Shown here: piece after piece, positions 49,265-58,995 of the stretch | Position numbering within the stretch: the stretch's first letter is position 1 | How the letters are laid out: every line of letters begins with the position of its first letter | Origin: an uncultured Rothia sp. | Lineage (GTDB): Bacteria; Actinomycetota; Actinomycetes; Actinomycetales; Micrococcaceae | Length of the DNA stretch: 64,000 nucleotides | Assembly (NCBI RefSeq): GCF_916715725.1 | Contig: NZ_CAKAPD010000001.1 | Coordinates: 175,835 to 239,834, forward strand | Direction: 5' to 3' | Notes under the pieces: model-generated | What the model was told of the DNA's origin: nothing | Databases searched by the model: none | Seen by the model: only the letters and a program-made list of their open reading frames with translations | Made by a program: the position numbers and the translations under genes

Positions 49265-49789
49265 ATGAAAAAAATTATTTTCCTTCGTGGAGTAACACCG
49301 ACTGGTACCAATAAAATTCCAAAAATGTCTTATTTAGTAGAAATCCTAACGGAAGTTGGGTTTTTAAACGTTCAAACATATATTCAGAGCGGAAATGTAA
49401 TGTTAGAATCAGAGTTATCTGACGAAGAAATCAGAAAGTTAGTTCATGATACAATTTTGGATAAAATTGGAGCTGATTTATCAATAATTATCAAAGAAAT
49501 TAATCAATTAGAGATTGCTATTCAAGAAAACCCATTTGATAATACTTATGATAGTTCTCGCGTTCATCTAGTTTTTACTAATGAACAGATTCCCGAAAGT
49601 ACTCTAACAGAACTTAGTAGAGAGAATTTTGGAGATGAAGAGTTCTATGGTGGTCACGAGTGCTGTTACCTATATTTACCACGTGAAGCTCGAAAAAAAC
49701 GTTTAAATACTAATTATCTTGAAAAGAAATTTGGAATTCGGATGACTATGCGAAAATTAAGTGTAGTTAATCGACTTTCAAAGTTTTAA
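49265..49789 (+). CDS. DUF1697 domain-containing protein
   Basis: 174-aa ORF lying 7 nt after the DJ-1 gene. The family is assigned from overall sequence recall, not verified. Confidence 0.6.
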   Translation: MKKIIFLRGVTPTGTNKIPKMSYLVEILTEVGFLNVQTYIQSGNVMLESELSDEEIRKLVHDTILDKIGADLSIIIKEINQLEIAIQENPFDNTYDSSRVHLVFTNEQIPESTLTELSRENFGDEEFYGGHECCYLYLPREARKKRLNTNYLEKKFGIRMTMRKLSVVNRLSKF

Positions 49790-49921
49790 CCAGACAGAAA
49801 AGGATGGTCAAGTCCATACCACACAGACAAAAGAAGAGTTCTATCAATATTACGATCTAGATAAGGCAGGCAAAGCCTATCATGAGATTGATTAAAGTAA
49901 GATATACAAAGGAGAAGAACG

Positions 49922-50494
49922 ATGGTAGAAGAACGAATCCATGCTACAAAGCAGTATGTTAAAACTTTATTTGCTGATCGAGCGGATGGCCATGATGTAG
50001 AGCATACCCTTCGCGTCTATACCAATGCTATGAGAATCGCACAAGCAGAAGGTCCATGTGATATGGAGATAGTGGGCTTGTCAGCTCTTCTTCACGATGC
50101 TGATGATGATAAATTATTTCAAACAGAGAATAATGTGAATGCTCGCACGTTTCTAGAAGAGATTGGTACTCCTCAAAACCAAATCGACCAGATTTGCCAG
50201 GTTATCAATGCTGTTTCTTTCAGCAAAAATCGCGGTAAACATCCAGAAACCATAGAAGGCAAGATTGTCCAGGATGCAGACCGCCTGGATGCGATAGGAG
50301 CTGTAGGAATTGCGCGAACTTTTTCCTATGGTGGCCACAAAGGGAGGCCCCTTACTGATACCATTCAACATTTCCATGACAAGTTGCTCCTCTTAAAAGA
50401 TGAAATGAACACGGAGACTGCCAAACAAATGGCAGAAAGTCGCCATCAATTTTTAATCACCTTCCTAAATGAACTAGAAAAGGAATTGTACTGA
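49922..50494 (+). CDS. HD domain-containing phosphohydrolase
   Basis: H…HD…D metal-binding pattern (VEHTLRV…LLHDADDDK…QDADRLDAIG). Confidence 0.8.
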   Translation: MVEERIHATKQYVKTLFADRADGHDVEHTLRVYTNAMRIAQAEGPCDMEIVGLSALLHDADDDKLFQTENNVNARTFLEEIGTPQNQIDQICQVINAVSFSKNRGKHPETIEGKIVQDADRLDAIGAVGIARTFSYGGHKGRPLTDTIQHFHDKLLLLKDEMNTETAKQMAESRHQFLITFLNELEKELY

Positions 50495-50561
50495 ATAAAA
50501 CATTGAAATTAACTTTTATAAAAGACTCATTTGATAGGAAGATATGCTAAATCGACTATTA

Positions 50562-50571
50562 CCCCCCCCCC
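50562..50571. repeat. poly-C homopolymer (about 10 C) flanked by degenerate direct repeats ctaaatcga(c/a)(t/c)attacc
   Basis: tatgctaaatcgactattacccccccccc and ctaaatcgaacaattaccggcacc lie within 70 bp at the right junction of the island. Confidence 0.6.
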
Positions 50572-50700
50572 ATTTTAAGTTGTTCAATGCATTCAGACAT
50601 CCTTATCTAAATCGAACAATTACCGGCACCTCCGAACGGCAAGGAACGTTAGCGCCATCGCTTACACTAGCACGAAGACACCCGCGCCTCCTCAAAGCAA

Positions 50701-50749
50701 ACAAAAAACCACCCCCTCCGCAGCTTGTCGCCGCAAAGGGGGTGGTTTC
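50701..50749 (-). terminator. rho-independent terminator of thrS (GAAACCACCCCC…GGGGGTGG plus TTTTTTGT on the minus strand)
   Basis: Hairpin accaccccctccgcagcttgtcgccgcaaagggggtggt with an A-run on the plus strand, which is a U-run on the minus strand. Confidence 0.75.
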
Positions 50750-50779
50750 TATATATGAGCTAGACCAGAAAGCCTAGTA

Positions 50780-52813
50780 CTACTCAGCAGCTTCAGTGCT
50801 GGGCTTGGGGTCTTCGTTCACGCGGTTGCGGATATGCTCCACAATACGTGCCACAGCCTCATCCACGGGCACACCGTTCTCCTGCTTGTTACCGCGGAAA
50901 CGGAACGAAACAGCGCCGTGCTCCGCATCCTCACCGCCAGCAATCAGAATGAACGGAACCTTCTCAGTAGACGCAGTACGGATCTTCTTGGTGAAGCGGT
51001 CCGAACCGTAGTCCACCTCAACACGCACACCGTGCGCGCGCAGCTTGTCAGCGATCTCAGTCATGTAGTCGTTGAACGCCTCAGCCACCGGCACACCAAT
51101 GACCTGGACCGGCGACAGCCACGCCGGGAACGCACCCGCATAGTGCTCGGTCAGCACGCCCAGGAAGCGCTCAATCGAGCCGAACTTCGCCGAGTGAATC
51201 ATGACCGGCTCCTGCACGGTGCCGTCCGCAGCCTGGTACTCCAGACCGAAACGGCTCGGCTGGTTGAAGTCGTACTGAACGGTCGACATCTGCCAGGTAC
51301 GGCCGATAGCGTCCTTCGCCTGAACCGAAATCTTCGGGCCGTAGAACGCAGCTCCACCGGGATCCGGGACGAGCTCCAGGCCGGTCTCCTTCGCAACCTG
51401 CTCCAGAACCGCGGTAGCCGCCTCCCACTGCTCATCAGTACCGATGAACTTATCCTTCTTATCACCCTCAGTGTCGCGAGTCGACAGCTCAAGGTAGAAG
51501 TCGGTCATGCCGAAGTCCTCAAGCAGGCTCAGCATGAACTTCAGCAGGTGACGCACCTCGTCCGGTGCCTGCTCCTTCGTCACATACGAGTGCGAGTCGT
51601 CCTGAGTGATCATGCGCACACGGGTCAGGCCCTGCAGCACGCCGGACTTCTCGTCACGGTACACGGTGCCGAACTCGAAGAAACGCAGCGGCAGCTCACG
51701 GTACGAACGGCCACGAGAACGGTAAATCTCGTTGTGCATCGGGCAGTTCATAGCCTTCAGACGGTAATGACCGTTATCCAGCTCCATGGGCGGGAACATG
51801 CCGTCCGCATAGTACGGAAGGTGACCGGAAGTGTAGAACAGGTCTTCCTTCGAAATGTGCGGGGTGCTGACGTACTGGAAACCCTCCTGAATGTGGCGGG
51901 TACGCACGTAGTCTTCCATTTCGCGCTTGATCACGCCACCCTTAGGGTGAATCACCGGCAGGCCGGGGCCAATGTTCTTCGGGAAGGAGAACAGGTCCAG
52001 CTCACGGCCCAGGCGGCGGTGGTCGCGGCGCTCTGCCTCAGCGATGCGCTCCTTGTACGCCACCAGTTCGTCCTTAGTCGGCCACGCGGTACCGTAAATA
52101 CGCTGCAGCATGGGGTTCTTCTCAGAACCGCGCCAGTACGCGCCACCGGCACGCATCAGGGCGTAACCGTTAGCGATTAGCTTGGTGTTCGGCAGGTGCG
52201 GGCCGCGGCAGAGGTCCTTCCAGACGGTCTCGCCGGTCTTCGGGTGCACGTTGTCGTAAATGGTGATTTCACCCTCGCCGACCTCCACGGATGCGCCCTC
52301 GGCGGCATCCGCACCAGAACCGGGGCCCTGGGTCAGGGAGAGCAGCTCCAGCTTGTACGGCTCGTTTGCCATCTCGGCGACAGCCTCGTCGTGGGTGACC
52401 ACGCGGCGGCGGAACAGCTGACCGGACTTGATGATCTTAATCATCGACTTCTCGATCTTCTTCAGATCTTCCGGGGTGAACGGCTCAGCCACATCAAAGT
52501 CAAAGTAGAAGCCGTCAGTAATGTACGGGCCGATGCCCAGCTTGGCGTCCTTGCGGTACTCCTGCACCGCCTGCGCCATCACGTGCGCAGCGGAGTGGCG
52601 CAGAACGTTCAGGCCGTCCGGTTCGTGAATGAAAACCGGCTCAACGGAATCGCCAGCAGACAGCTCGTGGGAGAGATCAACCAGCACGCCGTTCACGCGT
52701 GCCACAACGATCTTCGGGTCGTCAGCGAACAGCTCAGCGGCAGTCTTCGCGGTGACCTCGCGCTCCTCACCAGAAACGCTAATAACAATTGCTGAAGAAT
52801 CAGCGGCAGACAT
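50780..52813 (-). CDS. thrS: threonine--tRNA ligase
   Basis: N-terminal threonyl-tRNA synthetase–GTPase–SpoT (TGS) domain, a class II catalytic core and a C-terminal anticodon-binding domain. 677 aa. Confidence 0.95.
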   Translation of the reverse strand: MSAADSSAIVISVSGEEREVTAKTAAELFADDPKIVVARVNGVLVDLSHELSAGDSVEPVFIHEPDGLNVLRHSAAHVMAQAVQEYRKDAKLGIGPYITDGFYFDFDVAEPFTPEDLKKIEKSMIKIIKSGQLFRRRVVTHDEAVAEMANEPYKLELLSLTQGPGSGADAAEGASVEVGEGEITIYDNVHPKTGETVWKDLCRGPHLPNTKLIANGYALMRAGGAYWRGSEKNPMLQRIYGTAWPTKDELVAYKERIAEAERRDHRRLGRELDLFSFPKNIGPGLPVIHPKGGVIKREMEDYVRTRHIQEGFQYVSTPHISKEDLFYTSGHLPYYADGMFPPMELDNGHYRLKAMNCPMHNEIYRSRGRSYRELPLRFFEFGTVYRDEKSGVLQGLTRVRMITQDDSHSYVTKEQAPDEVRHLLKFMLSLLEDFGMTDFYLELSTRDTEGDKKDKFIGTDEQWEAATAVLEQVAKETGLELVPDPGGAAFYGPKISVQAKDAIGRTWQMSTVQYDFNQPSRFGLEYQAADGTVQEPVMIHSAKFGSIERFLGVLTEHYAGAFPAWLSPVQVIGVPVAEAFNDYMTEIADKLRAHGVRVEVDYGSDRFTKKIRTASTEKVPFILIAGGEDAEHGAVSFRFRGNKQENGVPVDEAVARIVEHIRNRVNEDPKPSTEAAE

Positions 52814-52944
52814 AAGTCTCCTTAACTCAGGCGCAAGCGTGCCACTCGGGCGCCGCCGGTGCGCATACTATTCCGCACTGTACTGGTGCACGGACACACA
52901 CCATCTTACAACGGCTCCCAGCCAACGCTCAGCTTGAGGGCAGA

Positions 52945-53370
52945 CTAGTCCGCATGATGCTCACGCGTATGCTCATACACGTCAACCACAATGTGGCTAA
53001 TGTGGTCGTCCTTCAGACGGTAAATGGTGGTGCGGCCCTGCTGCTCACGGTCAATCACGTGCGCCTCACGCAGGATGCGCAAGTGGTGCGATGCGAGCGG
53101 CTGCGAAATGCCCAGGCAGGTGTGCAGTTCGCTCACGCTGTGCGGGCGGTGCATCAGGTGGTGCGCAATCGCCAGGCGCAGCGGATTCGCGAGCGCAGAG
53201 AAAATCGCCACGGATGCGCCGAACTGCTCCTCCCAATCTTTGGGGCCGCTACCTTCGAGGAGGGGCGCGTTGGCGGGCACCTCGTGGGCATGGTCCGATG
53301 CATGCTCGTGGGCATGGTCAGTGTGGGTGGTGTTAGTTTCGGTCTGGTCTGTGTGGTGGCTCTGAGTCAT
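52945..53370 (-). CDS. ArsR/SmtB family metal-responsive transcriptional regulator with a His-rich N-terminus
   Basis: HTH region LANPLRLAIAHHLMHRPHSVSEL. The N-terminus reads HTDHAHEHASDHAHE. Confidence 0.8.
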   Translation of the reverse strand: MTQSHHTDQTETNTTHTDHAHEHASDHAHEVPANAPLLEGSGPKDWEEQFGASVAIFSALANPLRLAIAHHLMHRPHSVSELHTCLGISQPLASHHLRILREAHVIDREQQGRTTIYRLKDDHISHIVVDVYEHTREHHAD

Positions 53371-53499
53371 AGTATTTTCACCTTATGTACAGGAAAGGGG
53401 GCACGTCAAGGAAGTTACGCCTGCACGGCGTGCTTTCTTGAGCGTGCCCCTCTCCCCTATGTGCGCTGATGCTCGCTGGTATGCAACCCTAGCGGGCCC

Positions 53500-56064
53500 T
53501 TAGCGGTTAGCGACTGCCACCTGCAGGTAACCCTCAGCGGACTTTACGCCCTTGTCGGTCACTGCGCGGTAGCGGACCAGCGGTGCGAAGCCCTGCTTGG
53601 ACTTTGCAGAAACCGCGATGCCCTGGGTGCCATTCGGCAGGGTCACCACGCGGTAGGTGCCGTATTCATCGCTGTATGCGCTGACGACCTGGCCTTGCTG
53701 GTTGAGCAGTTCCAGCTTCTTCACAGTCTCGCCGCGGCTGTATGCACCGAAGGATGCCTCGTCGTTGTTCAGGACCGCCACGTTCTGGGTGGTGCCCGAG
53801 TACAGGGAGACGGAGTCCTCACGTGCAATGGGGCTGTTCTTGTCGACCACGTGTACCTTCAGCGGGATCGAGTACAGCTGCGCGGCAGAACCCTTCTTCG
53901 CCTTCACATCGGACATGCGTGCGGGCGCCTTGTCGGTGCGGTTCACGGTGATGTTCGTACCGTTATCGCGGCGCAGGTCCCAGGTGGTGCCGGTGACGTC
54001 GTGGGTATTCAGGTCAATCGAGTAGGTGCCGGTCTTGCCGTTGGAAGCAAAACGGATGCCGGTCTCTGCACTGGAGAACTGGCCGCCAGCAGTGTTGACC
54101 TTCTCCTTGTTGACCCAGCGGCTGGGGCGGAAGTTCGGGGTCTGCTCGATTTCCTGGAAGTTGTAGTCACGGGCGTAGCGGTAGTTCGGGGAAACCTTGT
54201 GCGACTGGTGCACGCTCTGCGCAACTGCGGTCTCGCCGGAGTAGACGGTGGCGTGGTGCTCAGCGGGCTGGTAGATCACGCCAGAGCCGGTGCCGGTCTT
54301 ACCGTAGGAGTCCGAGGGGTACTTGAACTTCACGCTGGTATCTGCGCTGGCGGTGTTGCGGCCTGCACTGTTTTCAGCGGACTCGGTGTAGTTCACGGGC
54401 ATCCACTGCACCTGCTGCCAGGGGAACTGGTTGCCGGTGAAGCCACTGGGCACAAAGTTCGCGAACATTGCCGCGAGCTTCGGGTCTTCCTTGTACACGT
54501 TCTTACCCTGGCGGGCGTAGGGCGCGTAGGAGCTTGCCGCCTCCAGGTTGAATGCGTTGGTGAAGAGGTTACGGTCCGTGATGATGAAGCCGTACTCCTT
54601 CATCGCGGTCAGAATCATGCGGCTGAGCTGGTCGTCAGCGTGGCCGGTGTTACGCAGGTGCTCTTCCACGTCAAAGTTCGCGGGCAGGAAGCCGCGCTGA
54701 CCGGCACGGGGTGCGTTCGGGTACTTGCTCACGTCAATCTTGCCGTCGGTGCCCTTCGCCGGGAAGGAGGAGGTCAGCGAGGAATAGTCAGCCGCGGTGA
54801 TGGACACCATGTGGTTGATCTTGCCCGCCTTGAGCTCGTCCACACCAATCTGGGTGAGCTCGTTCGCCATGCCCACCACGGAGGAGGTGCCGTTCTTGAG
54901 GGTCAGCCAGTAGTTGTCTTCGCCCACGCCCCCGAAGTTCGGCTTAGCGAGCATGTAGCCGCCGGAGGACACGTGGTAGGTTGCCGGGTAGTCAACCGCA
55001 ACGGGGATGTCCACGGTACCGCGGGTGCCTGCGGGAATCTTGTAGGTGATAACGCCGGTGTTCGCGTCGATGGACGCGCCGGGTACGTTCTTTGCCAGGC
55101 GGAACTTCGCGCCGCGAGCAATCGGGTAGGAGGTGCGGGCGTTGCCGGACTTCGCGTCGATGCTGACGGGTGCGTTGATGGTGACGGTCTGACCTGCGTT
55201 GCCGCGGCCGACGTTGTCGTACTGAATCTTTGCGCTCTTGGGAGTGGATACGTTGCCGCCGCCCACCTGCACGCGGGCGGTGCTGGTGTAGGTCTGTGCG
55301 TCTGCATCCTTGACGAACTTGAAGTAGGAGCGCCAGATGCCGGTTGCCTCATCGTACAGGGCGACGGACTGGTCACCGGAGAGGCCGTGGTCCTCGGCAA
55401 GCCACTTCGGGATCGGGATGCCGCCGGTCAGGATGCGCTTGTTCTCCGCGTTAGCGTTGACGCGGTTGTCGCGGGAAACAACCTCGACGTACTCCTGGTG
55501 CGGATTCGCGGAGTTCACGGCGAGGGTCGGGATATTTTCGTGGCCGCCAACGGTCTGGGCGCGGTCCTTCTTCACAGTGCCGGCGTTGATGGCGGTGGTG
55601 ACGGGGTGGTTACCCGCATCGCCGGTGTATTCGAGGAAGGTGCGGCTGATTTCGCTACTGTTGGGTGCGACGGCTTCGGTGCCGGTGAGCTTCTTGGCGG
55701 CGAATGAATCGCGGGCGAGCTTGCCGCTCAGGGGCGAGGTGTTCTCGGTGGTGGTCAGCTGCGCCTTGGTGAGGGAGGAGTTGACCGGCGCGAGAGTGTT
55801 AATGGTCTGCGCCTTCTGGTCGGGGTTCCAGTAGCAGGTCGGACCGGGCGCCACGTTGGTGAGGTTCGCGAGGGTCGGCACGGTGCGGTAACCTGCGTCG
55901 ACGCAGGTGGTACCAGCTACGTTACGGGTGGGGGCGGTTGCACCGAAGGTCGCGGGGAGGTTCGCGCCGGTGATGACGGTTGCCAATGCTGCGGAGGCAG
56001 CGATGGTGGCACGGCGGCGGTTTGCCGGGCGCTGTGCCGGGTTTTTGGATGCAGTTATGGTCAT
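53500..56064 (-). CDS. large secreted hypothetical protein (N-terminal signal peptide with RRR motif)
   Basis: I chose the internal start MTITASKNPAQRPANRRRATIAASAALATV…, which has a GGAAG SD. The ORF is open to 56241. No family recognised. Confidence 0.6.
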   Translation of the reverse strand: MTITASKNPAQRPANRRRATIAASAALATVITGANLPATFGATAPTRNVAGTTCVDAGYRTVPTLANLTNVAPGPTCYWNPDQKAQTINTLAPVNSSLTKAQLTTTENTSPLSGKLARDSFAAKKLTGTEAVAPNSSEISRTFLEYTGDAGNHPVTTAINAGTVKKDRAQTVGGHENIPTLAVNSANPHQEYVEVVSRDNRVNANAENKRILTGGIPIPKWLAEDHGLSGDQSVALYDEATGIWRSYFKFVKDADAQTYTSTARVQVGGGNVSTPKSAKIQYDNVGRGNAGQTVTINAPVSIDAKSGNARTSYPIARGAKFRLAKNVPGASIDANTGVITYKIPAGTRGTVDIPVAVDYPATYHVSSGGYMLAKPNFGGVGEDNYWLTLKNGTSSVVGMANELTQIGVDELKAGKINHMVSITAADYSSLTSSFPAKGTDGKIDVSKYPNAPRAGQRGFLPANFDVEEHLRNTGHADDQLSRMILTAMKEYGFIITDRNLFTNAFNLEAASSYAPYARQGKNVYKEDPKLAAMFANFVPSGFTGNQFPWQQVQWMPVNYTESAENSAGRNTASADTSVKFKYPSDSYGKTGTGSGVIYQPAEHHATVYSGETAVAQSVHQSHKVSPNYRYARDYNFQEIEQTPNFRPSRWVNKEKVNTAGGQFSSAETGIRFASNGKTGTYSIDLNTHDVTGTTWDLRRDNGTNITVNRTDKAPARMSDVKAKKGSAAQLYSIPLKVHVVDKNSPIAREDSVSLYSGTTQNVAVLNNDEASFGAYSRGETVKKLELLNQQGQVVSAYSDEYGTYRVVTLPNGTQGIAVSAKSKQGFAPLVRYRAVTDKGVKSAEGYLQVAVANR

Positions 56065-56774
56065 GTTTTTCTTCCGTTCGTGTCGGCTTGTTTGAGTGAG
56101 TGCGTTTGTATGAACAAACACGGACGTGAGTGAAATATTCATCTGAGGGTGTGCCCGGGTGGGCCCTGATCTTCTGGCAGGAATTCTCAGGAAACTCTCA
56201 GATAATCCCCATACCCTACATAGTCTTTGGGGTGAACGCAAAACGAGTTTGTGATTTGGGGCACCGATTTTTTGCTAAAGGTTCAGGTTTAGACTCATAT
56301 TTCTTTACACCTTTGTGCACCGACAGGTGTTTAGTCTCTCAAAATTTGCACCGTAGTGTTTAAGCTTTACCCCTAGTCAGGCAAAGGTAACTTGAGAAAA
56401 ACGAAAATTGCGCACGGAAAACTAAACCTTCAACCACAAACTTCCCGGAATGACGCGCCAAAACCCTCTGTTGAATTTCTCACACGTGCCCACAATTTGG
56501 AATTCTGTACCGAGGGTAGATATGGTCTCAATCACTGAAACAGGGGCTTCTATACACAAAATCAGCAGTCTTCAAGCAGGGGCCACACCCACAGAACACC
56601 CCTCGTTTCATTCCCGCAGACCCACAAACCCCACCTGAAACCCTAAGATTTAGGTCAAAGTTTAAAGTTTTTGTGTGTTTGACAGCGTGTAACCATGCAT
56701 GCGCCACACTCCCCTAGTCGAGGCACTCTCCGCTGCATACCCCAGAAAATCTAAGCCGCCCACCGGGAGCTTTA

Positions 56775-56822
56775 AAAGGAATAAAAACACCCCGCATGTG
56801 CCTCAAAAACACATGCGGGGTG
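56775..56822 (-). terminator. rho-independent terminator downstream of the FAH gene (caccccgcatgtg-N9-cacatgcggggtg plus TTTTTATTCCTTTT on the minus strand)
   Basis: 13-bp perfect stem with a strong U-tract. Confidence 0.7.
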
Positions 56823-56933
56823 CATAAGTATTCATTTATGGGTGCTTTCCAACGCACCCAACACGAGGTGCTGCAGGCGCCTCCGTGGGTTCACGTGGGT
56901 TCATTCGCGGTTGCGTACAGAGCTACCGGATAA

Positions 56934-57824
56934 CTACAGCGCGCCCGCTTCCGAGCAGACATTCACCAGCTCTCCAATACCCTCAATGCGGGTGCGCACC
57001 GTCTGCCCCGGCTTCAACCACTGACGCGGATGTAGCGACAAACCAACCCCAGCCGGGGTACCCGTCGCCACCAGGTCACCCGGCTCCAGGGTCATAAACC
57101 GCGAAATATAGGAGAGCAGCTGCGCCGGAGTGAACACCATATCCGCCGTCGTGCCGCGCTGACGCACCACACCATCCACCTCACAGACCAGCTCCAGACC
57201 GGCAACCGGGTCAACCTCATCGGGGCCCACAATCACCGGACCAAACGGAGTCATCGCATCCCAGTTCTTACCCTGGAACCACTCCGAAGAACGACCCTGC
57301 CAGTCACGCACCGACACATCATTCATGACCGTGTACCCCATCAGAGCCTCAAGTGCCTGCTCCTCCGTGGCATTACGCAGGCGAGCGCCCACGACCAGGC
57401 ACAGCTCAACCTCCCAGTCGACCTTCGTGCTACCGGTGCCGTCGGCGGCGGGCATGCGAATCTGCTCGCCGGGGCCAATCAGCGCGTTCGGGAACTTCGC
57501 GAACAGCGCCGGATGCTCAGGCACCTCAAGGTTCATTTCCGCGGCATGGTCGCGGTAGTTCAGGCCGGCGCACACAATCTTGCCGGGCTTATCCAGCGGG
57601 CGAATAAAGGGTAGGGAGTTCCACAGCTCCTCGCCGTGACCCATGACGGTCGCGCCGTTCTCCTTCAGGATCGCCACGGCGTTCTTCGGGTCGCCAAAGT
57701 TCAGGCGGAACCGGCTGTAGAAATTCAGTAGCGGGCTGAGCTTCGCCGGAAGCTCGTACACGGTCTCTTCGAAGAAGCAGACCGCGCGGCTGCCCTTCGA
57801 GTCTTTAATCTGTGCCCAACGCAT
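56934..57824 (-). CDS. fumarylacetoacetate hydrolase (FAH) family protein
   Basis: FAH-fold motifs (…KIVCAGLNYRDHAAE…, …EGIGEL…). Confidence 0.85.
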   Translation of the reverse strand: MRWAQIKDSKGSRAVCFFEETVYELPAKLSPLLNFYSRFRLNFGDPKNAVAILKENGATVMGHGEELWNSLPFIRPLDKPGKIVCAGLNYRDHAAEMNLEVPEHPALFAKFPNALIGPGEQIRMPAADGTGSTKVDWEVELCLVVGARLRNATEEQALEALMGYTVMNDVSVRDWQGRSSEWFQGKNWDAMTPFGPVIVGPDEVDPVAGLELVCEVDGVVRQRGTTADMVFTPAQLLSYISRFMTLEPGDLVATGTPAGVGLSLHPRQWLKPGQTVRTRIEGIGELVNVCSEAGAL

Positions 57825-57892
57825 GGATGCTCCTTCGCTTCAGGTGGGGATATATCGAATAAGTTACGGATAAAAGTCAGAAATAAAACAAC

Positions 57893-58591
57893 CTAGTGAA
57901 AACCGTTTTGGGCGTACACCTCAACGATGGCGTCTTCCAGGTCTTCCATGAGCAGGGCGGGGTTCGCGTCCTGCGCCGCGCCAACCGTGGCGGGATCCAG
58001 CTCCATGCCGAGGGCACGGTACACGTCCGCGGTGACCGCCCGCAGCGGCGCAGAGTCGGAGACCACGATGCCGGTGCTGAACCACCAGCCGCCGGTCACC
58101 ACACGCTGGGCGGTGCCAACCAGTTTAATGCGGCCACCACCTGCGGAGGCGGGAAGCTGCGCGTGCACCGAATACTCGCCGGGGCAGTACTCCCCCGGGA
58201 TCTCGCCCATGCGCGCATCCACGCCGACCTCGCGGAGCGCCTGCGCGTACATGGAACCGAACAGTTCGTAGCGTAGGGTGTTGCCGCTGCGGGCGTCGGA
58301 GGCGGGCTGAAAATGGTCCACGACCAGGCACCCCTGATGGTAGGCGGCGGCGTGCCCGCCGACCTTGCGCACCAGCACCTCGAAACCGTGCTCGGCGCAC
58401 GCCGCCGAGGCCTCCGCGAAGCCGGGGTTCAGTTCGTCACGGCGGCCGAACGCGACCGTCGGGTTCGGCTGATACATGCGCAGGGTGGCTTCGCGCTTGC
58501 CGGTTGCCACCTCGCGGAGCATCTGCACCGTCTGGTCGTGGTGAATGAGGATATCGCCGGATTCGGGACCGGTCTCTCGAATAATCTGCAC
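57893..58591 (-). CDS. lipoate-protein ligase / octanoyltransferase family (BPL_LplA_LipB domain) protein
   Basis: …LRMYQPNPTVAFGRRD… and …GGHAAAYHQGCLVVD… resemble the LplA catalytic core. Confidence 0.65.
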   Translation of the reverse strand: MQIIRETGPESGDILIHHDQTVQMLREVATGKREATLRMYQPNPTVAFGRRDELNPGFAEASAACAEHGFEVLVRKVGGHAAAYHQGCLVVDHFQPASDARSGNTLRYELFGSMYAQALREVGVDARMGEIPGEYCPGEYSVHAQLPASAGGGRIKLVGTAQRVVTGGWWFSTGIVVSDSAPLRAVTADVYRALGMELDPATVGAAQDANPALLMEDLEDAIVEVYAQNGFH

Positions 58592-58995
58592 GTTCCTATT
58601 TTACGGTTACGCCCGTCACTTACGGTGCGTGATCGGTGGGGCGTCTCAGGAGCGACGCGGAAGCAACTCAGAGGCAACCCGGAAGCAGCCCGGAAGCGGT
58701 TCAAGAGGCGGCACTCCCCCGCTACGCCTCACGCCGATTCCCCTTTGAATCTGTGCAAAGTCATCGCCGAAACCCCGCAGAATCCCAGCCGCCGATATGC
58801 CCCGCCATATTCACATTTTTTATGCCGATTTTCTTCACTCCGTGAATCCAAACCATTACGATTAAAAAACTACGTGGCATCCCACACATTGCCATAAGTA
58901 CACAACACAGCATGACAACGCAGAAGAAACGCGCACACCGTGGCGGAACCACCCACCACGGACCAAACTGTACGTTTCACATAAGGAGTACGGAC

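Noticed and set aside
50544-50777. 77-aa plus-strand ORF MLNRLLPPPHFKLF…
   Set aside because: It spans the poly-C tract, junction repeats and the thrS terminator hairpin. PPPP is translated from the homopolymer, so it is not a credible gene.
53695-55707. 670-aa plus-strand ORF antisense to the secreted-protein gene
   Set aside because: It is an antisense shadow frame with Gly/Val/Ala-rich low complexity. The minus-strand protein has a signal peptide and SD.
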